DNA of 64,000 nucleotides from Lingula anatina (GCA_051362555.1 CM120644.1:13972567-14036566); one strand, 5' to 3'; positions 41,796 to 56,434 are shown, numbered from the stretch's first letter. Notes: a model not told the origin generated them from the letters alone. A program made the numbers and translations.

Positions 41796-42904
41796 CAATA
41801 ATACATTCATGTATGACGTTGGTTATTCTCAAGAAAGTGTGCATCGATTTTAATTAAAATAAAACTGAATAAAGAAAAAAGAAAAGAAAAGAAAACGCAG
41901 ACATTCTGGTCCCTGTGCTGTGTCGTTTAACAGCTGTAATGAATCTTATAAAATGTTGAAGCAACTATGGAAATACTGCATGGTTACAATGAATAAGAGA
42001 CCGATCTACGAATGAATGGGAAGCGGGCTCACTATCATGGGGGACTCTCTGTTACATTACACTCCGGGTGTAACAGAAAGTTCGCCCTTCATTTAGTTTA
42101 TAATGGTTAGGGTTAGCCTGACCTAAGTGCGTCAAAATCTAGGACAAGGCTTGCCTGCGCAAATGAATGGGAAGCGGTCTCTCTCTCATGGGGTACTTTC
42201 TGTTACGTTACACCGGTGCAATGGCAGGGCTCCATATCATAAAGCCTGTTGCATGCGCTACGTCATTTTTTTTCTGCAATGAACTTTCCAAAATGTGTAC
42301 TTCAAATTATTTAATCTCTGTTTTGTCTTAATAAAATTTTCTTCGAAATTTAGATACAATTGTATCAATAAATTGCTTTGGATGTTTTTTTTTAGTTCCT
42401 GTACGTATACAGATTTGTTATTTAATGCGTAGAATTGAAAATGATTCTCATGGTTTTGTTCCATTGTTCACGTATTTGCATTATAATTAGTGAAATTAGA
42501 GAAATGGCGACATATTTCTATAGATCAGTTCGGTTCGAAATGATAATTCTCATTACGTTAATTACAGAGATCAATTAGACAACAACACATGATTCATTTC
42601 ATGTTTATTTTCATTGGGTACTTTCTTCATATCCCAGTACAATTATAGCTACATATATGATACACATACCGGTATACTAATTTTCTCGCTAATCATATAA
42701 CCGCTACAGACAGGCCATACCTTTATCACCGAAGTGGTATTTTTAGTCATTTGACGGCTTCATTTAGTAAGCAGTGCTCGTGCTACGTGGTTAGCCTTTT
42801 TAACCGTTAGAAACAAATCTACCAACACGCACAACAAAACGCAAGTTACTAATATTATTAGACCTTAATATAGCAATTTCCTACTCAGCAGTTTTTACTC
42901 TATC

Positions 42905-43130
42905 ACCCCATTTCCATAGATTTTTAGATCGATCTATCCCTGTGGGGAGTCTCACTAGATTACTGTCAGCTTGGCCGGCTTAAGCGTCTGTCCCGCCTAC
43001 TAAAAGCTGTAAGGGGGTAATTAACTATGGTGCCCGCTCGGCTGACTGCAATTTAGCGTGAACCCCCAGGGAGTTAAGTCGATCTAAAACTTAATCTTTA
43101 GATCGATCTAAATCTTTGGGAAAGCACCTT
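42905..43130. mobile_element. GATCGATC-family MITE, degenerate
   Basis: tagatcgatcta near both ends with the ggggagtctcactaga, ggcttaag and aagggggtaatt core shared with the other copies. Confidence 0.6.
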
Positions 43131-43959
43131 ATCACCCAGGTTTACATAAAACAATGGAAAAGAGAGCACGAAGTTGGCTGACATTCGTCTAGAACGCATA
43201 AGCCAATTGACAGAACAGTGGGAATTAACTACAAAGAGCTAGCTCATTAAAAGTTCCAAAGAAGCAGAATTACCAGTAATTTTCGAATGACACCAAAAGT
43301 ATCGAGGTGGTGCTTCCATAAATATGGCACGACCCACTTGAAGGCGTGTCGAGCTTTAATTGCTCTGCCCTGCTGGAACGGCACACGTGGGAGGCGGGAA
43401 TCCATTGTCAAGCGTACGCCATATTTGATCCGCAGTCTAGTTAGCCCGAGGATCAACTTAGTTGCGAATGCAGCCAAAGATGACCAGCAATAGATGCAAC
43501 GATTCTGTGTCCTGTCACTGTAAGTTATGGAGTACCAAAGAGGGTTGAGGATGGGGCAGATTTCAAAAATACTAAAACACATGGCAGCTGAAAGCTAAGT
43601 TGATACGTGCACATAAACATCAAGGAAACGCATCTATTCCCGATCACCACACGGGGTTTAACATTTAACGAATAAGGAATACAATTAACGTATAACAAGT
43701 TACATAAGTAGCACTAATGCATACTGGTACACACATGGTTCGAATTCCAATGTTCCTCTAAAACTGAGGTATATCCTGCCTTGACATCATTTATATCATG
43801 CATATTCTGTGTATGAAATATTAGTACACCATCGTAATACCACATTCAATGAGGAGGTCATCTTTTAACTGCTATAATAAAGTGAAATGCAATATTTGCC
43901 CAGAATAGCTGCCAAAACATAAACAAAACGAAATCAAGACAATCGCAAACGGCGATTTA

Positions 43960-44002
<43 letters not shown>

Positions 44003-44523
44003 ATAGATCACTGGAATTCCTCCTTTTCTGTGTAAATAATACACTATCGTAATACCACATTTAACAAAAAGGTCCGCTTTAAACTACTATATTGAAATGA
44101 AATGCAATATTTGCCCAGAATAGCTGCCTTTACATAAACATAACGAAATAAAAACAATCGGAAACGTTCGGTAAAGAAAAAATAAATAGATAATCATCAT
44201 AGTTAAAATGTCTCTATGTAATCATCCTTTCTCGACATCTCAGACACTTTTTCCACCCTATTTAATTGTCAGTTTATTCATATGATGAAAGACTTCGACC
44301 CTATAGCGCACAGGGCGGGTGTTATCAAATGCATAAATATGTTCGTGTTAGCAACATCATTATTTTTAACTGAAACAGTCCAACTGACGTCACACCAAGC
44401 GCCTTACGTGTCTTTTATTCGCACGTAAACCAATTAAGTCTTCTTTTTAATAAAGATTTAAGCAACTTAGACATTTCATTTGAAGGATTCCGCCGTCTCT
44501 CTCCCCTCCTCTCTCTCACTCTA

Positions 44524-44558
<35 letters not shown>

Positions 44559-44574
44559 TGTGTAAATACTGGCT

Positions 44575-45891
44575 CTATGTGCTTGGGGTCTCTAGGAGGA
44601 AATCCCGGCGTTCTACCAGCCACACCCCGCCTTCCTCCCCCATCGCACTGTCAAGGTTGTTACGGCTGAGCAGAGCGTTCTCGAAGCTTTCCAGAGGATT
44701 GAGCGAGCCCTGGAAAATAGAAAGGCAGTAAACGTTACTTAACATTTTGAGCATATTGTACATGTACGATTATTTCATTAAATTGCAAACAGTGAAAAAA
44801 GAAATTAAAATTGCCTATGATTCTGAACTGTCATTTTCTTTCAGCCGGGCCGTCTGGATAAGATAAGTTCATCACAAATCTTTCAGATTCTACTTATCTT
44901 TACATCTTTCTAAACAGTGTGCTATTTTATAAGGAGTGTTTTTGTTTTAAGAACAGAAAGGGCCGAAATGGGGCATTTCGAATAAGGCCGATTCAAGATC
45001 ACTGGAAATACAACATGGGGCTGTTTTAGGGGGCATTCAGAATGTGCTTGGTCGACCTAACTCTACGGGGACTCTCGCTGAATGCAATCAGAATAACAGA
45101 CCACCTTCCTGGCGCTGAGAAGAATACATCTAAGATGGTGAGTATATGAATATGTCGGAAACAACAGGAGTGTCAGTCTGTTAATCTGATTGCATTCAGC
45201 GAGAGTATAGGTGGGGTTAGTGCGAATTAGCTAGGTCAACATAACACATTGTGAACGGCCCTTGAGTCAGCAATGTACGTACTCGAACTGGGTCCGATCC
45301 TCGGCATTTCTCGTAATCTAGCGTTACCCCTTCCTGTAGAAGCGGGGAATAATCGGCCTGCTTTCTTGTCGCAAATAACAACAGAACATCTCTCCCACAC
45401 TGGGGTTCTTCTTGGTCGGGATCCGGGGCGACAAAATTGCGCAGAGCGCCTTCCGGTATGTACAGTCTGAAGATTTCTTCGTCCGTTTTTCCCGGGCCTA
45501 TTTCGATTGTTCTTCCCTGTTTTGTTAAAAAGAAGAGAAAATTAATCAGATAGTCCTTGCTTTTAAATTTTTTAAAAATTCCTTCAAAGACCACAGCGAA
45601 ATTCATTTATGTTTTTATCCAACAGCTTTAAGTACACTCAAAGTGTTCTGTATAAAAATTATAGTCCAAGGGCACTGCCGGAACACCATTCTCCGGCATT
45701 TTCTTTTTGTCGCTGAAGAAAGGTAGCGTGTGCCCCTCTCAGGAAAGACTCAAAAATATATACAAACATCATTAAAGTATTTCATATTATTCTCAAACTG
45801 AAGTCTCTTCTGTTTACGACAAAAAAGCATATACATGTAACTTTAACAACATATTTTGGATATTCTGTAAAAAAATCGGGTATCTTCTGTC

Positions 45892-45927
<36 letters not shown>

Positions 45928-46275
45928 ATGGATCGCGGTGAACTTGCCTCTCTGTTAGGCAGGAATGGGTCACTGATTGAACCGTCCACACCAAAGAGTA
46001 AAACACACACGTGGATAGGGAAATCTTCGCGGTTTTCAACCTGGAAAACAATGGCGTCTCCCGACCCGGGTGTGACCTCTTTCACATTCCCCTTTGCATC
46101 GTAAGCTACCTTGTGGGCCTTCAGTCTAGGAGGTTCGGCACATACGCCTTTAATGTAAAATTCACAATACATTAAAATCAAGGTAATACAAATAAAAATG
46201 AATCAAAAATAATAACAGTGCGCAATCTTGCATAAGATCAGGTCCCAGTTTCACAAACACACACACACACACACT

Positions 46276-46308
<33 letters not shown>

Positions 46309-49300
46309 AAGTCTGTTCCATGGCTTAGTTAACTAGGGTCAACATTAGAGTGCTGTAACATTGTTCCTGATAGGGTAAGATGTGCACATGTAACCATGTA
46401 ACGTTGGTAATTAAGTTCTTAACCGGGGAACCCCTGACTTAAGTGTTGTTTTTTTTGTTGTTTGTTTGTTTTTTGTGAAACCGGGGGCAAACTGCGCATT
46501 TCCTTGTTATACCCATATCATATTCATTATTGACTATAGAAGGCAGAGAACAAAATAAGTTTAATCTGGATGATAACTGACAACAATACTAAAATCTTGT
46601 GATGAAAATACAGTAATAAAAATGTATTATCTTGGCATAGTTACAAATTGTAAAGCTAAAAGGATTTTTTTAATCACGCAAGAAACGATATAAAACTGTG
46701 ACTATACAATAGGAGCAATAAAAAACAAAACTGGTCCAGGACCAATAACAAAAAACTGAGATGTAAACCCCTTAAGCCCCCTTTACACTGGACGGCGTCC
46801 TTTCTGCGTCCCGCAGTACGACTCAGTTTGAGAGTAAAAGAAATTAATACTTAACGTGCCGACAACTGGCCGGTCATTGAGCTTTTACTCTGCAACCAAG
46901 GCGATGCTTGTCCCTACTTTCTACGACCACAGTGATGCCAGTTTCGTGGTCTCACAAAGGACGCAGAAAGGACGGCGTCCAGTGTAAAGGGAATTTCAAT
47001 AAAAGTCGAGGACAATCGAAGGATCCAGTTTTACCTTGATAAAGCTCAGGCTCTTCAGTCAAAGCTCGCTGAATCTTAGCCGTCTTGTCAGCGGCCCGGT
47101 ACGGGGTCACACTGGAGATTCTCTTGCAGTGGAAACGCACGTTCAGCATCATACCGCCGTTGCTGTGGTGCTGCTTCAGCGCCATCTCGTACCGGCACAC
47201 CTTAGCCAGGTTCACGGCAAGGACCGTTCCTGACGTGGTCTCGTCAGCGCTGACGGGAGGAATTAATGACTTGCCAGAACGCCGGGTGAACCAGTGGGGT
47301 GAGCTGAATGTTTATTATCAAATGTAAACATAAGTACAAATTCTTAAAAAAAAAAAAAAAAAAAATGTACAAGCACAATGGAGACTGGAGGAATTACTCC
47401 AAACTTGGGCATATTATGTCCATGCTCCAAATAACAAAACTTTACAAAATTATTTATAAAATTCTAAAACCTCGATTATGTCAATTAAACTGCAAATGTC
47501 TTGCACATTTGAGGAGAAAATCAGAGAGAGAGAGAGAGAGAGAGAGAGGTGGACTTACCCCTTATAGTCCTCTTTGGTTATAACAATGAGGTCTGCAAAC
47601 TTGTTCGTTTTTGTCTCTTTCTTGTCTTCATATGGTCGCATTTTAAACAGTTTCTGCGCCTCTAGATGCGTCTTTATATCCTTCGATTCGTCGTCTCCTG
47701 CTCTGATGGTCACGTGATACCGCGGGTGGCTCCCCTTGTGGAGAACACACAAGCAGGACCTCTGTGAAAAAATACCGCATTTCCATTTGATTTGTATTGA
47801 TCATTAAATGCATGTTAATTCTGAACATTATGATGATAAGTTCGATAAAAATAGCATTGTGGGGATAAATCTTATACCCAAAGACGTCGAACACGCATTT
47901 GCGACCCAACCCTTCTTATGAAGTAAACCAAAACGAAAAATAAGACACAGTTCAAGATACATTTCAACCGAAGCCATGGCCCATTCATAGTGAAAAAGAT
48001 TTTCAAATATGAAAAAAAGTATGAACTTTAATTTCATGCTTTATGTTCTGATGAGGGCGTTTCATACACTGGAGCCCAAAAGGTTTGCGCACCATTCCAT
48101 ATTTGTAAATTTCGCATAAATCAGAACTACTTCGTATATTTTAGTTTTTGCTTTAAAAATAACAATCAAAAAGTGTATCGACTGCTTAGGACAACAGCGT
48201 AGCTAGATATGGTTTACCTCCAAGCCTTATCTCCACTGTAATAGTACATCTACCGGTAAGACCTACCCAAGCATTCAAGTATATCCCAAACAAAGTCTAC
48301 AAGGCAGCAATGTATAGATATAATACTATTACTATATGATTAGTTAATCTATAAATATACAGATCAAATCACTTCAGTCCTCACCTCAATGGGTTTATGC
48401 TCAGAGCGCTCTATAACGTATCCCCGAGTTGTGTCCAAGTCTATATCGTAATCACTGATATCAACACGTCCGCACCAGAGCGGGCTCTCTTTCCCAAGTT
48501 TTGTGGCCACGTCCAGGTTTGTAGTTGGTGCAAATATATCGTACTGTCCACTGTGTAGGAGCTGTAACTGACCAGCGCCTATGGTCACTCTGTCGTCGTT
48601 GGCGGACATCAATTCGTAGCATTGGGTAGGTGACTGGTCAACTGGCGGGAAGAGAGAACGATATTATAAATTATCTTTTCAAAAATAAAGTAGTATTTTT
48701 TTCTTCAATCAACTGCTAATATTAAAATTGTTAACCTCCAATATTTCTATGGCTGGGTACCCATACCTAGATCGATCTAACAGGTTCGATCCATCTCCAA
48801 GGGGTTTCTCGCTAAATTGCTTGCAGCTTCAGCAGCTTAGATAACTGAGACGCCTACTGAAGCTGCTAAACGATAATCAATTACCCCCTTGCAGCTTCAG
48901 TAGGCGTGACAGACATCTAAACCGCTTAAGTTGATTGTAATTTAGCGAGAATCCCCTTGGAGATAGATCGATCTACAGTTAGTACGATAGGGTCTGGGAA
49001 TGGTCCCTATGTTTGTCTAGAACGTCTTCAGCAGGGAATGAGGCTACCCAGGTGAATAGCCTCCATCCAGAATATACACCCCATTTACTGCTTTAATAAA
49101 AGGCGGGTAAAATAGAGTGATTTGTTGGTACAGAATGAAAATGTCTCTTACCGTGCGTTTTCCCAAAGAGCGTCATGTTCCCAGCGCCCTCTAGCTGTGG
49201 CGTTTGATTGGCTCGGTTTGTTCGCTCCAGCTCGCGTAAGACGAGTCTGAATATTATTCATAAATATATCAAAAGGGACTTATTAAGACGAGATATCTTA

Positions 49301-49904
49301 AACCAGTAATATATGAGAAATTCATAACAGTTACATGAGTAACAAAGATTTTCTTCGTCTGACATGTTTAAGAAAATGTCCATACACAAAACCCTATACC
49401 TGAACCGGTAGATACAAAAAAGAACGATAATTAACACGGCACTCCATTTCAACAAAACCATAACATCATAATCTTAATAAAATGTCACAGAAATGAGCAG
49501 ATACTTTGTAAAAGTTAATGCAAAGACGAGTGCCATTATTTGGCAGGCAAATTTTTAGGTACCTGTACAAAGTCTTCATCGTCAGCTCCTCCGGTCGTTT
49601 CACCTCCTTAATCACGCGTCGCATACAACTCGTTAAGAGACCGTGATTCAGCCCGTCCGCTCTATCTTTCACTTCATACGCCACCTCCAGGTGAGACGCT
49701 GCCGCCAAGTGGACAAAGTGACTGGCCTTTGAGGGGGACCAGCCCTTCGGACTAATGCGCTTGACCGGGGCGTCGTTTCCCCGATATTTAGGGGTGGTAT
49801 CCTCCGTGGCGTTGGGGTTGATGTTTGCCTTGGCCGCTGCCATGAGGTCGTCAAATGTTATCTGTGTTGTGAGAGGAAAGAAAGTTATAAAATTAAACGC
49901 AAAT

Positions 49905-49948
<44 letters not shown>

Positions 49949-50489
49949 TTGAAACGCCACCTTCAATTGTTGATCTGTCTCACTGGCATTCGTCCCTATA
50001 TACAATTCAATATAACTTCTCAGTGAAAATAATTTTAAACCATAAAAATACGAATAAATAAGATGGTGCAAGGTAGAGAGAAACCCAGAATTTCGCTGCT
50101 AGTCACGTAGTAACGGTAACGTACTGCTGAATTTTTAAATTCATTTTAATGAATTTATATTAAAATATAAAGATATAAAAAGTCATCATTTTCAAATTTC
50201 TAATGTTAAAATGAAAAAAGGCAATTATCTAGATATCTAGATATACAGATATTCATTTAACAGATGCTACATGTTAAAATCTCACCTGTCTTTCACCAAC
50301 AGGCTGAAATGGACTATCGCCGTGATCGAACCCTCGGTAAATCCTCCCCGAGTGGCAGCAGTCGAACACCATGAAAACGTACACATTCCGCTCCGACAAC
50401 GCGTTCAGGAACGGTCTCAGGTCGTCCCCAGTGATGACGAATTTCTCCGGGGAGTTTTGAAGACCCTAAAAATATAAAGAAAAGTTACA

Positions 50490-50520
<31 letters not shown>

Positions 50521-53500
50521 AGGCTATATATATACTTTGGTATACAGAGACAAAGATGTTGGATTTCTTTAAAAATTATCTGCGCCTTTCCAATTTTCAT
50601 TTCGTAATAAACAAATAATACACCTACATCCACTGTGGGAACATCCGCCGTAACCAAGCCCTCATCCCACTCGCCTTCTACTTGCATCCCGTGGCCGGCG
50701 TAGAAGAGGAAAAACACGCTACGTGGCTGAATATTCTGCACTATATCGTGCATCGACTGAAGGATATTTTCTTTGGTGGCTGCATGCTTCTCTAATATCT
50801 GAAGATATAGCGTTGGTTTTATAGATTAACACCGTCGAGAAATTTGGAGGTCATGAGAATTTCAATGCCAACAATTTTTACTGTTTAAATTGAACTTAGC
50901 TTAAAATTGAAAAACTGAAAGTTTTTCAGACGGCATACATGTATACTGCTTCTCATCCTTTTCTGCCAATTTTAAAGCTAAAAGCATCTTGTTATACGTC
51001 ACGCTTCTTTTTTAACCACACACAAAAACAAAATATTAAAAGGCTATTCATAAACCAATAGACAAGTCAGAATACGTACATGAATCTTTCTAAAGTTGAA
51101 CGGGGGCTGCTGTATGATCTCTCTGATAGTATTGATGTCATTCTCTACTCCAGGCAGCTGCTTGTTCACCGGAAGGAAGGGATAAGTCGGCCCTATCAGC
51201 AGCGCAGTGCCTGAAAAAAAAAAATTAGCCCAAGCCACTATTGCGTCACATACCACATGACCTAGATTTCTCGTTTCAAGGATATAAAAAGACGATAATG
51301 ATATATCCATAATATGAGATGATTTATTTCCCAAAAGTACAGGTGCCTTATACAGATGCAAACATGGATAATTAAGGACAATGGCTCATGTATTTTTCAA
51401 TCAAATCTTTTCTATTTAATTTCTATTTAATCTATTTAATTTTTAAATTAAAATTATATTTTGAGGTTAGCACTTTAATGTTCCCTAGACAAATGGCGCT
51501 GTAAGTCTCTGACCCGATTTCATAGAAGAAAAAAAACTTAAGTCAGTTTCCCTGGTTAAGAACTTTTAAAATTACCAACGTTAGTAACTTACATTGTCAC
51601 ATCTTTCCCTATCAGGATCAGTGTAACAGCACTCTCAAGGAAATCCTAGTCAAGTAAACCAGGAAAATAACGTTTTTTTTTTCTTTTTTTTTTTTTGTGC
51701 GACTGGGGCTTCGCCGTGCGAAGAAAAATAGTCACATTTTAAAGGTTTGATTAATAAAAATCTACTTACGCCGTACGTCCGGTGGCCGTCGTTCACTTTG
51801 GTTTATGGCCTGCATTAGGAGTTGCTAAAAAATAACACGTAAAAAGAAAGACGATTAAAAAGGAAATAAAGACAAAAAATAAAGATAATTTAATTTTTAG
51901 GGGATAATCAACATTCTTAGGCCCGCTCGATACATAACGATACCTGCAGCTGAGCCATCATTCAGGTGCATAGGACTCAAAGCATGAAACTAAAATTATG
52001 CCATCGCGGCAAAACCTGATGTACATTGGTAGACTTTCGCTGAGAAATCGCCCTCAAATATTCTGCCATACCCAGGGGGGGGGGGGGGTAGGGGGAGGCA
52101 CAGCCTGTCTCACATCTGGGAGGGTGTAATTGTGAACAGTTCAATACTGATATAGGTCTTCGAGTACAATAACGTCTTGTACACATATCAGATTTGGGAC
52201 ATCAAGTGTGTAGTAGGGAGGAAGCAGTGAGAAAGGAATTTGGGGGGGGGGGGGGGGGGAGTTTACATCGGCCTTGCCATTGCGAAGAAAACGAAACGTG
52301 AACCTGTCACCGACCCCGTAGACTTTATAGTCTACTTGAGAGTATGTTTCCTTCATTTGGGAAAGGAACTGGCGGAAGTGTATGTGTGTGTGGGTTCGTG
52401 CGTGTGACTTGCATGTTTGTGCGTTTGTGTGTATGTGTGTGTTTTTATTTAATTTTAGGTAGGTGGCTTAAGAACAACACTTGAAGTCCACCAATATCCT
52501 CAACAAAAATCTAAGTTAACAACTGCCGATAGTTTATACAATATACAGCACTTCCATCATTTCTACGATCATGATTATGTCACCTTCATCAGCAATTAAA
52601 ATGAGTCTATGTCAACAGCGTATATAATTTCTACAATAAACTGTGACGTCCACCGCTCGCACCAAACTCTGAACTGAGTCCCTCACATACATTCACTGAG
52701 AAGCTCAGAGTTAAATATAGATTTATATATAGATTCATTTTAAAGGGCTCATTCCCATTGAAGTCATCGGTCTACGTACATCGATGGCTTGGTAGGCAAA
52801 CTCGCTGAAATCAAAGACCAAAATAACCATTAAATGAGGCCATTACGAACCTGATCTTACCACGAAACGCCCGCACATAGAGTTGTATCTAAGCAGTGCT
52901 TCTCCCTCCACTTGATACAAGGAAGTGAGGTTAAGTTCCGTCAAAAAATATGCAGGGAATTTTATCAGCAATCCGTGTGTCAGAAGGGGATTCCCCTATT
53001 GATTGCTATAAATATCGGGCGTAGATCATCTGACTTCTTTATTTTTGTCTTATATAGGGGTATTCTATCGCTATTATCTTGTCTTTGAAATATATAACAA
53101 CCAGAAAGACAGGCTCTGTAAGTTTCTTTTTCATATGATCCATTAAACATATGTCATTTTCATGTTTAACAAAACGATCAAAGCTAGGGCATTCTAACAA
53201 CCAGAGACATTACGACACTGACTCAAGAAATTTCCCCACCTACTTAAGGACTTACGAAAAACTTCCGCATCCAAAAATAACATTATAGGGATTTCCACCG
53301 TTTCATATCGATGTATTTATAACCTGTGGGAATTCCCAGCCATGAGAAATATCAGGAATACAATATACGTGTAAAAAAAACCTGGAATGATTCACTTATT
53401 CGCCCACAGAGTGAGGGCGTTTCTTATTACTAATATTAAATTGTGCGACATCCTCAGTTAAATAAATAGCATAAAGAGATTGTTAATTAAGGAAATAAAA

Positions 53501-55659
53501 AGGCAATACAAATCGAAATATCTTGCTCTTTCTGGGTACATGCAAAATCCTCTTCTTTTATGTGATGAAAATTTTGCCAATTTAAATCATAACCAAAATA
53601 CTCACGAAGTGGTCAACTTCGTCGATCTCTCCCGTAGCAATATCAATTTCCGTAATAGGTGTTTGGGTCCCAGAAATATCCCGCACGGCCTGAATAGAAA
53701 AAAAAGGTACGCAAAATTACAGCCTAGTACGCACTGATACGCATAAATACAAATAAATACGCATTAAACAGGAATAACACACATTTAAATTCATAACGTA
53801 GAGAAACCGGTACGCATTGATACGCCTTAAGACGCGCATTTCAAATTAATTTTGTGTCACTACCATACATGTAGGGGCGACTACATGTAGGCCTATATTA
53901 CTACCAATTTGTCTATATAGCCAACTACAGTCATAATCACTGCACCTCATGAAAATGCCACACTGATACTGCAAATATGATATTTTGTCTTGAAGCCAGC
54001 ATATACTTCCATTTAAACTTTTGGTGAAATTTGCCGCCGTTAATACATACAACAAACGCAAGCAGGAATTTAAATTACAATGAGACGGCTGTAGTTTATT
54101 TGAGAAAATTTTACTCCTTTATCATCAAATAAATACAAAATTATCAGATTTTGTTATCAACTTATCAAATATGCAACAAGAGAAAATTACACAGTAACTG
54201 TTAAATCTATATTTGATCTTTTTTAAAAACATCAACCCATTCTAGTCATCTCAGCATGCGTGCCACGAAACCCGTGACGTCATGTGACGTAAGCATGATG
54301 TCATATTTCGTCATCCACCACCGTAAGTGATTAAAAGGTACGTATGAAGTCAAATATTGTTATACTGTTAGACCACATACAGTACAAGTAAAACACCCCA
54401 CAACCAACTTCCATAGCCATGAATGAAATCATGAAATCAGTGCAAGTAGTTCACTATTTCCCTTCTTTCTTACTTGTTTTGAGAGTGTGGGAGTATAGTT
54501 GCAAAATAGCACAGCAAATAATAAATAAATAAATAATTTTTTTAAAGATCAAAGCCAGAAAGTGAAAAAGAACAGAAGCAAAGGGAATATATCATAATAA
54601 CACCCAAACCCACAAGGTCTACTAAATCAATAGAGTGTGACTGACAAAGCACATGATCCGTCACCACTCACCAGTTACGTTCGCAACACAGTGTAACACC
54701 CATTCCTACTAAAAATGCTCAACCCCTAGTTTGAATAAAAGTATAGCTACAACATCTTATACTTTCTTCAAAAATGGCAAAGGTCTACTGAGACTTTTTT
54801 ATCATAAAATAATATGTATAAAAATCGAAATGGAATGTCCCAAAAAATCAACTTACACCCGGCCCCGGTATACAAATGCAGTGGTCAGGTAAGTCCTAAC
54901 AAATATGGAGAAGGTAACATAAACCCACAAGAAAAGGGTATAAAAACATACTGCTATATTTTAATATACTCCAAATACACATGTAGATAATGTTACTGAT
55001 CTTAAAAAGGGATGGAGGGGGGGGGGGGATATCAGACTCACCTTCTACACAGGTCTGATTATGCATTCTCAGTGTAGTCACGTGACAAAGAGATTACTTC
55101 AGTATTGGCCACTACATACAATTACTGACCAATTTCGCCTCCCTTTGATTAAAAATTTCACAACCCTTTCAAAAATGTAGGTGAAACAAGCCAGATAATC
55201 CGCGAATATAGAAAAAGGATACCGTTGCAAAGTAGCAGTATAACATATATAGTAGGTTTCGCTTACTCTCTGATAGCACAGGGGCTTCTAGTATCGGTAT
55301 ATTGGTAGTAAACAAAATTGAAGAAGATACAGTAATTTTGCAACAGACCACTAGCGAACCCCGTCGTAAGAGAGTGCTAGTAGGTTTAGCTGTATGTATA
55401 TAAGAGCACTACCGTACCCGGGATGTGTTATGTGATTCACTTTCAAATGCATAATATTTAGAAGGTGAGTTAAGAACTGGGATTCTGCTGTTCAGCAAAA
55501 TTATATATGGTAATACATGTTCTATACGTTAGTCTACATGCCATGTTTGAGATATATCGTTAGTGGAATGAGGACTAGTTAATGTATTTACATGCAAACT
55601 CAAACCAAAGCATCTTAAAGGGGTGCGGCTTCAGTCGAGCAATAATGAATGCTGGTTAA

Positions 55660-55694
<35 letters not shown>

Positions 55695-56394
55695 ATATTA
55701 GCGGAAGATAATGGATTTACCTTGAAACTCAAGGATCGCTACAAAGATAAAATAAAAAACAGTGCTTTGACATAAAAACAATATAAACAGCGCACGTTGA
55801 CAACACTGGCACTATAAGGACTTAATGAGCGTTTTCTTCGAGTTTGACATCTGTAAGTTTTTCATAGCACAAAACGCATTTGCCCCAGTGGAAATGGCCA
55901 GTTGATCAAAATACAACGCAGCCGTCTCAATTTTATATCCACAACTGTATATAAAATAAAGCGCGAGAAAAATAATTTTCCGTCTATACAAACGTATGTC
56001 GACAGGTAAAACTGATACCAACAAAACTAAAAAAAATTCTCTACATAAAAAAATGCTGCGAGATGATACATTTTATTGGCGATCGGCTAAAAAGGCCTTA
56101 TGTACGTAACTTTTACACATTCCGTATTACGAAAAACTTTATTATTCGGAAATAACTATATGAAGGAACAATTTGAACGGAACATATTTATGCAACTACA
56201 GTATGAGTAAAGTGTGGGTTGCTACTGCTGCAGGACCGTCACAAAAACATTTTCTAAAAATCTTACTTGTCTAAGTTAAACTAAACACAAGCAACTTTGA
56301 ATGCAATTAAAATATAGTAATAATGCAAACGAGACTAAGGCGACGGTGGAGGTGTATTTCTTAATCCTATCTCTAAAATCCGACAGGCCGGTGC

Positions 56395-56434
<40 letters not shown>

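Larger units (their letters stand above)
26676..41914 (+). repeat. Tandem segmental duplication: unit A about 26676-33083, unit B about 34414-41914
   Basis: Colinear near-identical blocks, e.g. 27250-28200 vs 34980-35930, 30430-30850 vs 38100-38530, 31597-31750 vs 39329-39482, 32510-32830 vs 40595-40915. Unit B carries extra MITE and Helentron-type insertions. An older internal repeat links about 26320-26760 with 27620-28030. Confidence 0.92.

Noticed and set aside
43247-43582. 111-aa minus-strand ORF downstream of the protease gene
   Set aside because: Lies beyond the stop at 44575 with no motif support; probably 3' UTR or repeat-derived.
49152-51210. Calling the protease caspase-8, a classical caspase or MALT1
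   Set aside because: Lacks QACRG/QACQG and Ig domains; YAGHG, DCCHSG, GVEND and QTPQLEG are metacaspase-type motifs, so no gene symbol was assigned.
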